This document shows positions 1-15,000 of a stretch of 64,000 bases of DNA, one piece after another (within the stretch, counting starts at the first letter, position 1; every line of letters starts with the position of its first letter). Below the pieces are notes generated by a model. The model did not search any database and had not been told where the DNA came from. It saw only the letters and a program-made list of their open reading frames with translations. Origin of the DNA: Elusimicrobiota bacterium. GTDB lineage: Bacteria; Elusimicrobiota; Endomicrobiia; Endomicrobiales; JBDRNC01. The DNA lies in the NCBI GenBank assembly GCA_043811535.1, contig JBDRNC010000021.1, forward strand, positions 77,668 to 141,667, written 5' to 3'. The position numbers were made by a program, and so were the translations under genes.

Positions 1-3000
1 GACGGAGGCGTTGCATTCGGCGACTATGACAACGACGGCGACCTGGACCTTGTTGTCACGGGTTCGGGCGGATTCGAGGTATATAAAAATAATAACGGCT
101 CGTTCGTAGTCGGGCAGGATCTCGGAGGATTAACCGGCGGAGACGCGGCGTGGGGCGATTTTGACAACGACGGCGACCTGGACCTTGCCGTGTGCGGAAA
201 TGACGGGAACAGAAGGTTCAGTATATATAGGTATGACGGCGGTTTATTCTATCTCCATGCAGATCCCGCGGGCCCCACAACTGGGCCCGTCGGAAGCGTT
301 GCGTGGGCGGATTATGACAATGACGGCGACCTGGACGTCGCCGTGAACGGGTTCGACGGAACGGCGCAGAGGTTCAGGATATACAGGAACGACTCGGGCG
401 CTTTCAATCTTGCAGATGAACCGATGGGGCCGGTAGGGCCGGGTTACGGGGCGATCGCGTTCGCGGATTTTGACGGCGACGGAGATTTGGACGTGGCTGT
501 AAACGGACAGATTGCGGCGAACCTGCGCAGGTTCATAATATACAAGTCGCTTGAAACTGAAAACAGCAATGTCAATAATCCTCCGGTTGAGCCTCCCGCG
601 GCAAGCATGTCCGCGGGTTATAATGCGGGCAGGATTGAGTTTACGTGGAGTTACGGATCGGACACGGAAACGACCGAAAGCAAAGGGCTGTATTATTCGG
701 TCCGGATAGCGACATCGCAGATAATCGAAGGCCTCGACAAATGGATTGTTTCGCCTTCCACCGGAGCGGGCGCGTCGCCTTTCCTCGGAGACTATCCTCA
801 CGGATTTATCGTGGCCAACTCCACGCAGCCCGGACTTATCCTTAAGCCCCCGGTTGACGACGCCACGTATTACTGGCAGGTAAGAACGGTTGATACGGGC
901 CTTAAGTCAAGCGTGTGGTCGGCGACCTCAAGCTATTATTATATTAATTCCGAGCCGCCGGCGGCAGTCACTAATTTGAAAGCGTTTGCGGGCGGTATAG
1001 AAGGCACGGTGAAGCTCGAATGGTCCATGCCCGGCGACGATGAGTGGACAGACGCTCTTCCGTCCGGCTCAAAATTCAAGGTGCAGTATTCAACTTCTTC
1101 GAACGGTTTTCCTCCAAATCCATGGAACTTTAACGCCGCGCAGGTAGCAGTTTCCACTTCAGGCGTCCAGCCGACAACCCTGGTAAATTATACAATTACG
1201 GGGCTTACAGGCGGCGGTACATACTACTTTAAGATTTGGCACGCCGATGAGATCCCGAACTGGTCAGAGCTTTCAAACACGGCCACCGGATACGCGAAGG
1301 ATAACGCGGGGGTGATAGTTTCAACCGGTTCGGTTGATTTCGGGAACGGCAATGGGATCAATGGCAGGAATATCGTAAGGACTTCCAACGGAGACCTCTA
1401 TCACGCGTATATTAGGAAATACGCCACAAAGCCGAGAATATTTGTGTCCCGTTCCATCGATAACGGCTTGACCTGGTCCGACGCAACAGTTACTCCAATA
1501 GATTACCAGGGAGGATCGGGCGGCACTAACATTACGGAATCAGCGCTAGCCGTGGACAGCAAAGATGTCCTACATCTCGCGTATTGTTCCAGCGACAACG
1601 GCACGCCGGCAAATGAAGGAGTGTTCTATTCTTCCGCGTCCGCGCCGCCGGGCACGAGTTGGACAACTGCCGTAAAAATGCCCGGTTCATATCCGTACAA
1701 TGGCTATGAGCACGGCCCTAATATAGCGGTGGCATCGGATAACAGCCTGCACATGGTATGGTATGGAGAAGACGGGGCAGGGAACACAAATGACGTAATA
1801 AGGTATTCGTCAAAAACAGCGGATAGTAATTCATGGAACAATTATCAGTTATTGCCGGGCGGCGGACTTGTCGGCATATTCCAGCCGAAGCTGGCTATTG
1901 ATAACCGCAACGGCCTGCATGTGGTAATGACAAGGGAAAATGCGGCGGGAACACAGCTGCACTACCGCATCGCCTACACATCAAAAACATTGACGGATTC
2001 CGCGTGGGTGCCCCTATATGATATCGTTGACTTCACCGGTTCAGGCAGATTCCAGGGGACCCCGGCAATAGTGGTGGATTCCACTACTATTCATGTGGTA
2101 TGGACCGGCCAGGATGACGAGAACACAGTCAACTATCAGATAAAGTATTCGTCTAAATCTATCACCGGCTCATCGTGGTCTGACTGGGTAAACATCCAGA
2201 CGATTAGCGAGGCGCCGCAGTATGAACCGGCCATCACGGCGGATGCGGGCGGTCAAATATACGTCGTGTGGTCCGGGAGCGATTCCGCGAATAATATCAT
2301 GAATATTAAAGGCTCCAAATACAGCGCCGGCGCGTGGGGCAGCTGGACGAATATCAGCAACGGCGGCGGCAATCAAACCCGCCCGACATTACGCTGGTCC
2401 GGCTGGTTCAATAACGAAGGCAACCTCAATTTGGGCTGGGTTTCAAAGGTAGGATCGGATTATCAGATACGCTCATATACCGATTATACAGTCAACATGA
2501 GCACCGGTTTCCTCGCGGATAAAATTGGGCCGGCGATAGTTACCAACCTGACCGCCCAAGCTGGCACCGTTGAAGGCCGGATACAGTTAACGTGGTCCAT
2601 GCCCGGCGACGATGGATGGTCAGGCGCTCTTCCGCCCGGTTCAAATTTCAGCATTCAATATTCTTCTTCATCTGACGGCAACCCTCCCAGCCCCTGGTCT
2701 TTCTCCATGCCGCAGATATCAATGTCCACCTCAGGCGTCCAGCCCGGTACCTTGGTCAATTACGCCATTACCGGCCTTACCGGCGGCAGCACTTATTATT
2801 TCAAAATCTGGGTCAACGACGCCAACGCCAACTGGCAGGGAGGCCTTTCCAATACGGCCACGGGCTGGGCCATGGATAACGCGGGAGTAATTGTCTCTAC
2901 CGGTGAGATGGTATTCACGGGAGACAGGCCCATCGTCAGGGCATCAAACGGGGATATGTATGTCGCATACACAAAGACGGTCAGCGGATACGAGCACGTT

Positions 3001-6000
3001 TTCGTCGCCAAATCTTTTGACGACGGAAAAACCTGGTCGGACACTAACGGCGGAATTTCCATAGAGAATACCGGCAGCTATGGCCAAAGCAGTCCGTCGC
3101 TCGCAATAGATTCAAAAGATGTGATCCACTGCGCGTGGTCCGGATATGACGGGTCTTATGTCGCCAACTCCCAGGTAAAATACTGCAATTCCGGAAACGG
3201 CGGCACTTCATGGTCAGGTTGGATCAACCTCTCAGATTACATCTCGTACGGGCAAGGCGCTCCGTCGCTTGTCATCGATTCCAAGGATGAGTTGCATTGC
3301 CTTTGGGACGGCGGCGATCCTTCATATGCCAATAGCCAGATCAAATATAGTTCATCTACTACAGGCGCCTCGTGGAGTATCCCCGCGAATATCCAGGTAT
3401 TGTCGGGACGCACCCAGGTAAACGCCAGCGCGGCCGTTGACGCCAAGAACAACATCCACGTTTTCTGGGAAGGCTTTGACGACACGTATACCGCAAACAA
3501 GCAGATTAAGTATTCCATACGGCTGTCGACAAGCGCGTCATGGTCTACTTGGGTTAATATCGCCGTTGACGTCGGCGGCCAGGAGATGTTCCCGAGTTCC
3601 GTCATTGATTCAAGCCAGGTTGCGCATTGCGTCTGGCAGGATTATACGTCCGGCGTGAACCAGGTCAAATACAGTTCTTCAACTATAGGAAGCGGGGTAT
3701 GGACAACGGCGCAGAATGTGCAGTATATCGCGACAATTCATCAATATAACCCTACGATAACCGTGGACTCGGCGGACGAACTTTACTGCCTATGGCTGGG
3801 AAGCGATACTGCCAGCTCGATCCGGCAGATAAAAGGCTCAAAAAATCTAGGGGCCGGATGGACTTCTTGGGCCAACATAAGCAATGGATGTTATGACCAG
3901 ATAGGCCCTGCGGCGCGCTGGTCGGGATGGAAATTGAATGAGGGATATCTGAATTTTGTTTGGGTGAGCCCGGGCCCGGTTGACAGCGACCACGGGAGCA
4001 TCAGATTCTACACGGATTATTCAGTAAACATGAGCACGGGCTTCATCGCGGACAAAACCGGGCCGGCGATAGTTACGAACCTGACAGCGTCCGGGGGTTA
4101 TAAAGAGAACTCGATAATGCTTACCTGGTCGGCTCCCGGCGATGACGGATGGGCAGGCGCTCTTCAGCCGGGATCGAATTTCAGCATTCAGTATTCTTCT
4201 TCATCGGACGGAAATCCTCCCAGCCCCTGGAGTTTCGCCGTTCCGCAGATAATGATGTCGACTTCGGGTGTCCAGCCCGGCACCCTGGTCAATCATGTCA
4301 TTACCGGTCTTACCGGCGGAAACACTTATTACTTCAAGATCTGGGTCAACGACGAAGAAAGCAACTGGCAGGGAGGCCTTTCCAATACAGCGACCGGTTA
4401 TGCGCAGACAAACGCGGGTGTGATTGTTTCAACGGAAACATCAAGCGTCGGAATGGTCGGTTTCGGGAGAAAGATCGTACGGGATAATTCGGGTAATATG
4501 TATTTCGCGTATACCCGGACGATTAGCTCGTTTGAACGCGTTTACGTCGCTAAATCAGTAGATGAAGGGGCGACATGGACAAATACGAACGGGGGGCAAC
4601 CGATAGAGAGTGTGGGCCCGGGTAATTACAGCCAGAGCTATCCTTCACTGGCAATTGATTCAAATAATATTCTGCACTGCATATGGGGCGGCAGGGACAG
4701 CGTAAATAGCTTTGACCAGATTAAATATTCCAGTTCCACTAATGCCGGTTCTACATGGGGCGCTTGGCAGAATATCCAGGTGATAACAGGATACACTCAA
4801 TATATGGCCTCGCTTTTCGTTGATTCCCATAACGGACTGCATTGCGTTTGGACCGGCATGGACAATGTCAATACCGCAAAATATCAGATTAAATACAGTT
4901 CACGCGCGACCGGCGGCAGTTGGTCGGACTGGGTCAATGTAGGTGTTGTTGCCGGCTATGACCAGAGTGATGCCTCGCTGGTGGTTGATTCCCACAACAA
5001 CCTGCATTGCGTATGGGATGGATGGGATAGCGTAAACACCGCGAACTGGCAGGTCAAGTACAGTTCCCGCTCGGCGGACGGTTCAACATGGTCAGACTGG
5101 TCAAATATTACGGCAATCGCCGGATTCAGCCAATGGAAGCCGTCCCTTGCGATTGATTCGCAGGACATCCTGCATTGCGTATGGAATGGAACGGACGCCG
5201 GAAACGCGCAATATCAGATCAAGTACAGTTCTGTCAGTGCCGGGGAAAGCCAGTGGAGCTCTTGGACCAATATCCAAACAATTTCAGGACGCAATCAATA
5301 CAACCCTTCTATAGCTGTTGACGCCAACGATAACCTGCACTGCGTATGGAATGGATATGACTCGGCGAACACTAATATTTTTCAGATAAAGTATTCAAGC
5401 CGCAGCAGTACAGGCTGGAGCCAGTGGGCCAACCTGTCGCGGGGGCTGGTCGACCAGCAAAACGCAAGCCTTCGCTGGAGCAATTATTTCAATAATACAG
5501 GCAAGCTTGGCATCGGATGGGTTGATTATAACGGCACAACCCGCAAAGTCAGGTATCTACAGGATAATAATACCGACATGAGAACGGGCGCCGATGCCAC
5601 GCCGCCGGATCCTGTCAATACACTGGCGGCAATTACCGGCCAGTTTAAAGGAATGGTAAATCTTTCATGGACCTCTCCGGGCGACGACGGCATCACAGGT
5701 ATCCTCCAGCCGGGTTCGCGGTTCAGCGTGCAGTATTCCACCTCTCCCGCCGGAACACCCCCGGGGTCATGGGACCATTCCTTCGCGCAGGTGGTTGTTT
5801 CAACTTCGGGTAATCCTGTTATGCCGGCATCGCGTATCGTCACCGGGCTGACAAATGGGTCAACGTACTATTTCAAGATATGGTACGGCGATGAGACCCC
5901 GAACTGGTCGGGACTTTCCAATACGGCCACATCGTGGGCGCAGGTTGACAACGTAGGGCCCGCCATCGTGACAACTCTAAGCGCGGAGCAGGGTGATTGG

Positions 6001-9000
6001 GTTGGTTCGGTGCGTCTGGTATGGGAAGCGCCCGGCGACGACGGCTGGGCAGGAACGCTTGTTTCCGGCAGCGAGTTTATTATCGAATATTCGACAAGTC
6101 CGAATAATTGGGGCAATCCCGCTCAGGTGATTGTTTCAACTTCAGGAATTGATCCGCATTCCATATGCAGCGAAAGGGTGGGCGGCCTTGATCCGGGCGT
6201 GACGTATTATTTCTGTATTGATGTTAAAGACGAAATCGGCATATATTCCGGCCTGTCAAGCACCATTACCGCGTGGGCGGCTGTTCCCGCGGAGGGCATG
6301 GATTCGCTGACTCAATACAACGGCGGAGCCGACGGCTGGATGTCAAGGTTCAGCGGCGGCAGTTTCGGAGATGATGTTTATAATTCTGTTACTACTGATC
6401 CTTCTGGAAACGTGATCGCCGCGGGATACACGGGAATCGGAGCCAATCAGGATATATTGGTGAAGAAATTCAATTCTTCAGGAACTGTTCTCTGGACGCG
6501 GTATTACAACAGCGCAGCGAACGGCTATGACGCGGCAAACGGCGTCGCGGCCGACCCGAGTGGCAATATCATAGTCGCTGGATACACGCAGAGGACTGAC
6601 CTGGCCGAGGGCTACAATATCTGGGTGAGGAAATACGACAGCAACGGCACTGTGCTCTGGACGGATACGTATAACAGTCCTGCCGATGACTATGACAGCG
6701 CGCAAAGCGTTTCGGTAGATGTCGGGGACATTATATATGTAGTAGGCAGTATCAAGAGATCGGATATCAGCGAGGACGACAATATATGGCTCAGAAAATA
6801 TAATCCGAACGGGAATATTGTCTGGACTTCAACTTACGCAAGCGTTGGCAACTATAGCGATATCGGGAAAAGTGTGTATGTAAAGGGCGGCAATGTCTAT
6901 GTAGCCGGGGAAGTGTACAACATTGCGACCGGTTATGATATCTTCGCGGCAAGATTTAACGATGCCAACGGCCTTCTGCAGATGGCTACGACTTTCACGG
7001 GCGCGGGTAGTTTCGCCGATTACGGCAACGGGATAACCGCGGATTCATTGGGAAATTTCTTTGTGGCGGGGAGCTATTATGATTCTGTCAACAGCAAACA
7101 GGTCGGATGGGTGAGCGAATTTAATTCCGCGGGTGTCCTGGTAGCTACTAAGACTTACGCGGGCGGTGCGAACACTAATTCGGCTCAATCGGTCGCTTTA
7201 GACGGTAACGGCGCTTTGTATTTTACGGGATACGAAGAGGTCTCCGATCCTGATTACAGGATATGGACGATGAAACTCGGCGTTAACGGATTGACGAACT
7301 GGACAACGTACTACCAAAGCATAAGCGACATGAACTCAGGGAACAGCGTGACCGTGGTCAGCTCGAGCATAGTATATGTCGCTGGAACTACATATATATC
7401 CGGGGAAAACAAAAATACGTGGCTGCGCAAATACATACAGCATTATCCGAACGCCGTGCCGGGTGGTTACTGCTCTTCCACGCAGACAGCCACGTCAATA
7501 AGATGGGACTGGGCTGACAACGCCACGAACGAGGCCGGTTACCGCGTTAAACTATCATCACCCGTCTATGATCCTATTAACCTGAGTCACTCCGGGGATC
7601 TCGCGATAGACGCCACGTACTGGATGCAGACGGGCCTTATTCCCAACACATCATACACGACTTATGTTGAGGCCTTCACGTTCTGGGGTTCAACGCCGAG
7701 TTTCGCGGCCTCAACATGCACGGCCGCCAATCCGCCGCTGAATTCGCGTGTGGTTTCAAGGTCTTCCGACACCATTACGATTCAATGGGACGCGAACAAT
7801 AATCCGGGTTACACGAGATGGGGTGTATGGTATTCAACGGATAATTTTGTAGGAAGCTTACAGCCGCTGTTTATTTTCGGGAACAATTTCACCGGTTACT
7901 CGACAACGCATGATACCCTGATGCTTGAGACGACTTACTGGTACAGGGTCGCCGCGTACAATGAAAACTCGCTCATGACCGATTATGATACGTATTTTGC
8001 CACTCAGACGATAGACAATATTCCTCCTCCAATTATTAATGTGACAGCCAATACCGGCGCGGGCGAAGGACAGGTAGCATTAAACTGGCTCACGGGCAGC
8101 GACAACGGATTTAGTGATCCGCTTCCTCCCGGCTCGCAGTACAGGATACAGTATTCAACGGATTCCGTTTACCCGTGGAACCTGAATACCGCGCAAATCG
8201 TAATTTCAACGTACGGCATAACGCCGGCTACCCCAGTTTACTATACGGTTAAGGGCCTGAAGGGCGGCGACACCTATTACTTCAAACTCTGGACAGCAGA
8301 CGAAATTCCAAACTGGACGGGCTTGAGCCAGACCGCCACGGCCTATGCCGGCGGGGATATCCTGGTACATGTTTGGAACGGCGGCGGTCTATCGCAACAA
8401 GCCTCTGACGAGGATAACTGGGTCAACAGCTCCGCGCCGGATCCCGGCGACAGGGTGGAATTCGTCGTAGCGTACAGCGTCAAGAACTGCAATTGGGACC
8501 TGCCCATAGCGATAAGCACGATGTTCGTGCAAGCAGCGTACTCGCAAGCTGTCACGATAACCAGTTTTGTGTATGTCTCCAATTACCTTGATTTTGAGGG
8601 AGACAACACGTTCATGGTTATTGCGAGCAGCATCGCTTTAGGCGGAGACCTCTACATTACGAAATCCAACTTGTTCGACGTCAGGACAAGCACGGTATAT
8701 TTTACAGGGACATCGCCGGCCGGGTTTAAGACCATCAACACGATGGCCCTGTACGGCCCCGCGACTTTCTGGACGCTTATTTTTAACACGCCCGAAACGG
8801 TTTACGCGAATAATAAAGAATTCAAGATTTTCGGCAATATAGATTTCGTTGACGGCACGTTTGACACTTCCGGTTCCACCGTAAACTTCTGCGGCAACCT
8901 GACGCGCACGGGCGGCAACCAGGTGCAGGCGACAAGCGGCATTTGGATAATAGACGGCGGCGCCAACCAGTCAATGGATCCCAATAACAGTCATTTCTGG

Positions 9001-12000
9001 AACCTTGAAATCGACAAGGTCAGCCAGAGCACGGTGACATTTGCCGGATTAGCGTGCATCGACAACGATATTTCGATCAAAAACGGCGTGCTGGCGTGGG
9101 GATCGCAGAATGTGGAGCTTGCCGGGAACCTGAACGTCTATTCGCCCGCTCAATTACAAGGCGGCAACGGCACGTTAAGGCCCGTAGGAAGCAAGAATAC
9201 CATTATAGACATGCCGAGTTACGTGAAAATCAAATGCCCCGTTTATATTGATAAAGACGCGTCAGGATACACTGTAAGTATCGCTTCGCCTTCCCTTGAA
9301 ATAGTCGGCAGTTTAGACGTCTTTATCGGCCATCTGGATATTACGAACAAGGCACTCAAAGTAAGAGGAATAGTCAGGAGCGGCAGCGGCATCATGAGCG
9401 TCGCGGGTTCAACCGTGATAGTTACGGGCGACAATTATTCGCTTACGGGAACCACTCTGCCGTTCAATGTCCTTATCATAGATAATCCGGGCGCCTCTAC
9501 CGGTTTGAGTTTTAACGGCGGGATTACAAATGTCTGGGACTACTTCACTATTACCCCTAATTCGTACGCCAAGATTGTTTCCGGCGCAAGTCTTATCGTA
9601 GAACACGATATAGATGTTAATGGAAAATTCGAAGTGACGCAGGGAACGGTGGGTACGCACGGGAACATCGCGGTTGATAAAGACGGCTCGATAGACATGA
9701 CCAATTTAAGCCAGGGAATACTTACGGCTGAAAAAACGCTCAAGCTGAAAGAAGGATCGATTTTGAAGACCGGTTCCATGAGCGATGTGATCTGCTCAAC
9801 TTCAACGGATACCTATTTCGGTTTTGAGGTTGCCGGAGGAAGCATTGATATAAGCGGTCTGTCCATATTCAACCTGAATGCATCAGGGCTTGTTATAAGC
9901 TCGTATTCGTATGTTTTGAATTTAAGTTCGGTAAACTTTAATGATTGCGAGCCCTACGGCAAGGCGCTGAACTTCCAGTTGGCCGGCACCGGGGAATACT
10001 CGTTCACGAATATTGATTTCGACTCATCCGTGTCCACCAATATTTATGTACCCGATCTGGTTTATCCCGGTTACGTCAAAATGCTGGATTCAAAAGGCGT
10101 GAAAGCGGGCTATCAGTATGAAGTTGACCCGAACAATGTCGTGTTCTGGTCGACGGCAATACCGCCGGTCAGTTTTGCGGGAGTTACGCCCACGACGTAT
10201 TCGATTACGTGGGACTGGACGAGCCTTGTTCCTGACTCACTATTTTACAGGGTCTTTGCCTCCACCGGCGGCATGCAGAGCCCGGTCATGACTGCCGTGT
10301 CGGCCTGGACGGAAGAGGGCCTGATGCCGAATACCTCGTACCAACGCTACGTGGACGTCTATAATCCGATACAGGTAAGCTCTCAGTCACCGAGTGCGTT
10401 TAAATGGACACTTACCAACAAGCCGCTGGGCACTTATATCGCGGGCAGGTCGTCATACAGCATAACGCTTGACTGGCAGATCAACAACAATCCGCCGCTT
10501 GAAACCCAATATCTCATAAATTATTCCACGGACGGCGCTTTCGTCCAGTGTTCCACCGCGTCATATTACGCCCCGAACAACGCTATTACGGGTCTTGACC
10601 CGTACACGACGTATTACATCCAGATACGCGCCAGTAATAAGGAAGGAGCTCTGACCTCTTATGACACGATGGTGACCACTGCGACCCATCCTCCGTATAT
10701 CGCTCCGATTTCCACGGTGACATATCCCGTAAGCGGCAACGCCTACAATTCGCTCCCGACGATATTCGGAACGGCTTTTGTGGTCGCGCCGGCTACTGTC
10801 GCGGTCGTGTACATAGAGCTGTACAATGTTAACGATGACCTGTATTATGACGGCGGCGCATTCAATGACAATACGCCCGAGTGGCTCCCAGCCACAGGTA
10901 AAGGCGAATGGACTTACGCGGTTCCCGCGCTGACCAGCGAAAAGCTTTACAGGATACGCACTTACGCCAAAGACGATTACAACAGGGATGAAACGCCCGG
11001 GCCGGGGTGGTTCATAACTTTCGATACGAACACGCCGGTTTCTTATATACAGAAACCCGTAAATAACAGCGTGTTTTCAGCGCTCGCGTTAGTTTCTGGA
11101 ACGGCTGACGATGTCGAGACAAGCATACAAAATGTTGAGATACGGCTTTACAGCCAGACGAACAACAATTATTACGACGGGACGCAGTGGGTCGTGGATC
11201 CGTCAACGTGGCTTGCGACGGATTTTGCGGCTCCTACATGGGATTATACGCTGCCGGCGCTGACATCCGGGTATTACATGCTTAACGCCAGGGCGCTGGA
11301 CAAAGCGAATAACTATGAACCGGTTTTCACGACATCCACTTTCTACATGCTCGGCCACGCGGTGCGTTTACTTGTGACTGCTCCGGGGCAGACGCTCGCG
11401 CAGGGCTCGGTTCCCGGCAAGATCGGAACTCCCACTTCACGGGTAGCCGGCGTGCCGTTTGATGTGACTGTCTACGGCGTTGACACTAACTATTACGTTG
11501 ATACGACGACAAACTCGCAAGTGACGATAGTCACTTCCGACGATCCGTACAATAACGAGCCCGTGCCTTTGGATCTTGTCGGCGGGACAAGAACCTTCGC
11601 CGTCACGCTGCTGAAAGCGACAACCTCCTCGTGGGTGACCGCATTGTCGCAGGATTTGATAAGCGATACGACCGGTTGCATAGTTAATTCAAATAACCCG
11701 GCCAAACTGCAGCTGCTGTTGCCGGGTCAGGCCATGGATCCGGGTTCATCATCCGGTTCGGGAAAATCCGGGGACGCGGATGTAACGCTCGCGGGGGCGT
11801 CGTTTGAAGCCACAGTAAACCTTACAGATAATTACTGGAATCTTTCTACGGCGGCTTCTCCGGTGGTAGGACTTGTCGCTTCGGATATATACGCGGTCAT
11901 TTCCGATTCGCAGACGCTAGTTAACGGGACAACAGTATTCTCTTTGACGCTTGTGACCGCTTCTACGCCGTCTTACACAACGATAACCGCGGGCGATAAC

Positions 12001-15000
12001 GCCGCGGCATATGCCACGAACGCTTCCACGATTACAGTTATTCCGAATACAGGGACGAAGCTTCTGGTAGTGCTGCCCGGCGAGAGTTTTGCCCCGGGCG
12101 TGCCTCCTTATACCGAAAGTTCGGTCGGCGGAAAATCCGGCTCGCCGTCAAACTTGCCGATTCTTACTCCGTTCTACGTGACCGTACGGGCCACTGACGA
12201 CTGGTGGAACATTCAGCCCTCAAGCAATCCCAACGTAGTGATACTGACATCAGACCCGAACGACGCCGACGGAGGAAGCGCGCCGCTCCTGGACGGTGAA
12301 AACCAGTATCCTTTGACGTTCGCTACCGAAGGCGCGTGGCAGGTTAACGCTTCGGGAGTTGATTTCGTAGCGCTTTCATGCACGAGTTCGTTCGTCAACG
12401 CGCTTGACGCGACGCCTCCGTGCGCGGTATCAAACCTTACCGCGATTTTGGGCCCCGCGCACGGGACAGTGCGGCTTATGTGGACGGCTCCGGGCGACAA
12501 CGGTTCAAGCGGCAACATATCAGGCGGCCAGATTTGGATACGCTATTCCGACGGCGGGCAGGTAACGGATTTCGGTTCGCCTTTGGCCACATGGGGTGAG
12601 AGACTGGTTTCAACCGATACTACGGTAAATACCGTTCAGAGCATAATAGTAACAGGACTGACGCCCTGGACGACTTATTACTTCGCGATTAAGGTTTCCG
12701 ACGGGTTGAACTTCGGCTCATGGTCAACCTCGGGCGTGAATACCGCTAATTACGCGCTTGCCAAAGACACGGCGCTGCCGACTATCACGAACCTGCAGTC
12801 AGGCGATTACAATTGGAGAAGCGTGGATCAGGGTAATATTTATAATGTAGATTTTGAGGACTTGGATTCCGGCCTGGGTGAGATTGAATACGCCGCTTAT
12901 ACAGGCCTAAACCTGACCGGCAGTCAGCGCATTGGCTGGACCCAGATAGCGCCGGTTGCCGGCGATGCGTCTTATACGGATCCGTGGGGCGTTATCTTTA
13001 GCCAGTTAGTGGAATATACGACAAATTACATTTCCGTGAGGGCATATGATCTTGCCGGCAACGTGGCGACATCCTACGATGTATTCAAGATATTCGTTGA
13101 TACGACCCTGCCTACAACACCGACGCTTGTAAATCCGGCTGATGGTAATGGTATTGGGTCAAGTTATAGCTTTACCTGGTCAATATGTTCCGACGCGCTC
13201 AGCGGTATGTATGAATATCAGATCCAACTTTCAGGAAATGACATTTTCAGTGCGGTCATAGTGGATACAACTTCCAATACGAACTCAAAGACAATAAACG
13301 GAATGTCAGATGGCCAATTATGGTGGAGAGTAAGGGCAAGAGATATTGCTGACAACTACGGCGCGTGGTCTTCAAGCAAGACATTCACGGTTGCCGGGAC
13401 TCCGCCTGCCATGCCCACAGGATTTGACGGCGTAGCTTTGTCTTCTACAGTAATAGACTGGTCATGGACGGACAACGCTACAAATGAAAGTTCTTATAAG
13501 CTATATTTTGCCACGAGTCCAGGCACAGGATTTACTTCCATATCGGCAAATGCCACATATTACCTTGAAAACAAACTCACGGCGAATACTTCTTCTTACC
13601 GCTACGTATCGGCATTCAATTCAAACGGTGACAGCAGTCCCTCTGGTTTCGTAAGAAGATTCACTCTTGCCAACGCTCCGGTATCTTTGGCGTCAGTTTC
13701 CGTGGGATATTCAAGCGCTTCATTCATATGGCAGGAGAACGGCAACTCATCGGTTACGAGATATGAAATGCAATGGACAACCGATCAGACCTGGGCTATT
13801 GTTACCGGGACGGGAACGCCGTCACAGGGTTCAACAGCCGTCATATCGCCTCTTGCTGCCGAAACGACATATTATACAAGAGTACGCGCGCTTAACAACG
13901 ATGATAAATATTCGGATTACGAAATCTATTACAGCACCGTTGTAACGCCCGTCGGCCCGCCGAACGCCCCGACCGATTTTGACGGCGTCGCGCAGTCCAC
14001 GTACAGCATATACTGGTTCTGGACCGACAACAACACGAAAGAAGACGGCTACCGCATTTACAGCTCAACGGCCGGTTTGTTGTACCAGCTTGGCGTCGGC
14101 GCCTCTTATTACCTTGAAACAACGCTCACGCCGAACGCCGGGACGATACGCTACGTCAAGGCCTATAACGCTTCAGGCGAAAGCACCGCTTCGTCGTCGG
14201 CCACGAAATATACCTACCCGCTGCCTCCGGTTAACATCGCTTCTTCCGCGCAGACGCCTACTACGATCACTCTTACTTGGGAAGCGGGCAGCGGAGGCGC
14301 CGCAAGGTATTATATTGAACGTTCAATAAACGGGACGGCCTACGAGCCGATAGTGGCTTGGGCAACCAACGTGTCAGTTCTTACATATCAGGACCTCAAT
14401 CTGATCCAAAACACGTCGTATTACTACAGGCTCGGCGCGTATAACACTGACCAGCTGCTCAGCGCGAAAAGCGACGCGTTCGCGGTCAAGACGCAGGACG
14501 CGCCCAAGGAAATTATTTCAGGCAAGGTTACCCAGGCGAACGGCACTCCCATCACCGGAGTCGAGATCAAGGCCTCAAAGAGCGGTTCGAGCATAACATA
14601 CACCGTTTATACTTCCACCGGCGGCGAATATAGAATTGAGCTTGAAGCGGCCATAGCGGCGGGTACGTACAAGCTGCAGGCATCCTGGACAGCCAACGGC
14701 ATCGTTTCCAGCGTCTACAAGGACGGCATTGCAAACGGAACGGCCAACGTGGACTTCACGCTGGAGACAGACTATGTGCTTGCGACGGTGACCGGGCAGG
14801 TTACCATCGCGCGCGGCCCGCAGGCCATAAGAAAGATGGCATCTTTGGGCATGGGTTCATCGCCGGCGTTTGTTGAACTCATCCAGAACGGGAAAGTCAT
14901 ACTGCGCCTGGGAACCGACAAAAACGGCAAGTATTCCATACCGAACCTGCTGCCAGGCAGATATTCCGTCAGGGCTTTTAACGGGCTTGTATACTCACAG

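Noticed and set aside
190..192. GTG at 190 as the start of the giant protein
   Set aside because: The frame is open from base 1 with FG-GAP motifs and no signal peptide, so the true start is upstream of the window.
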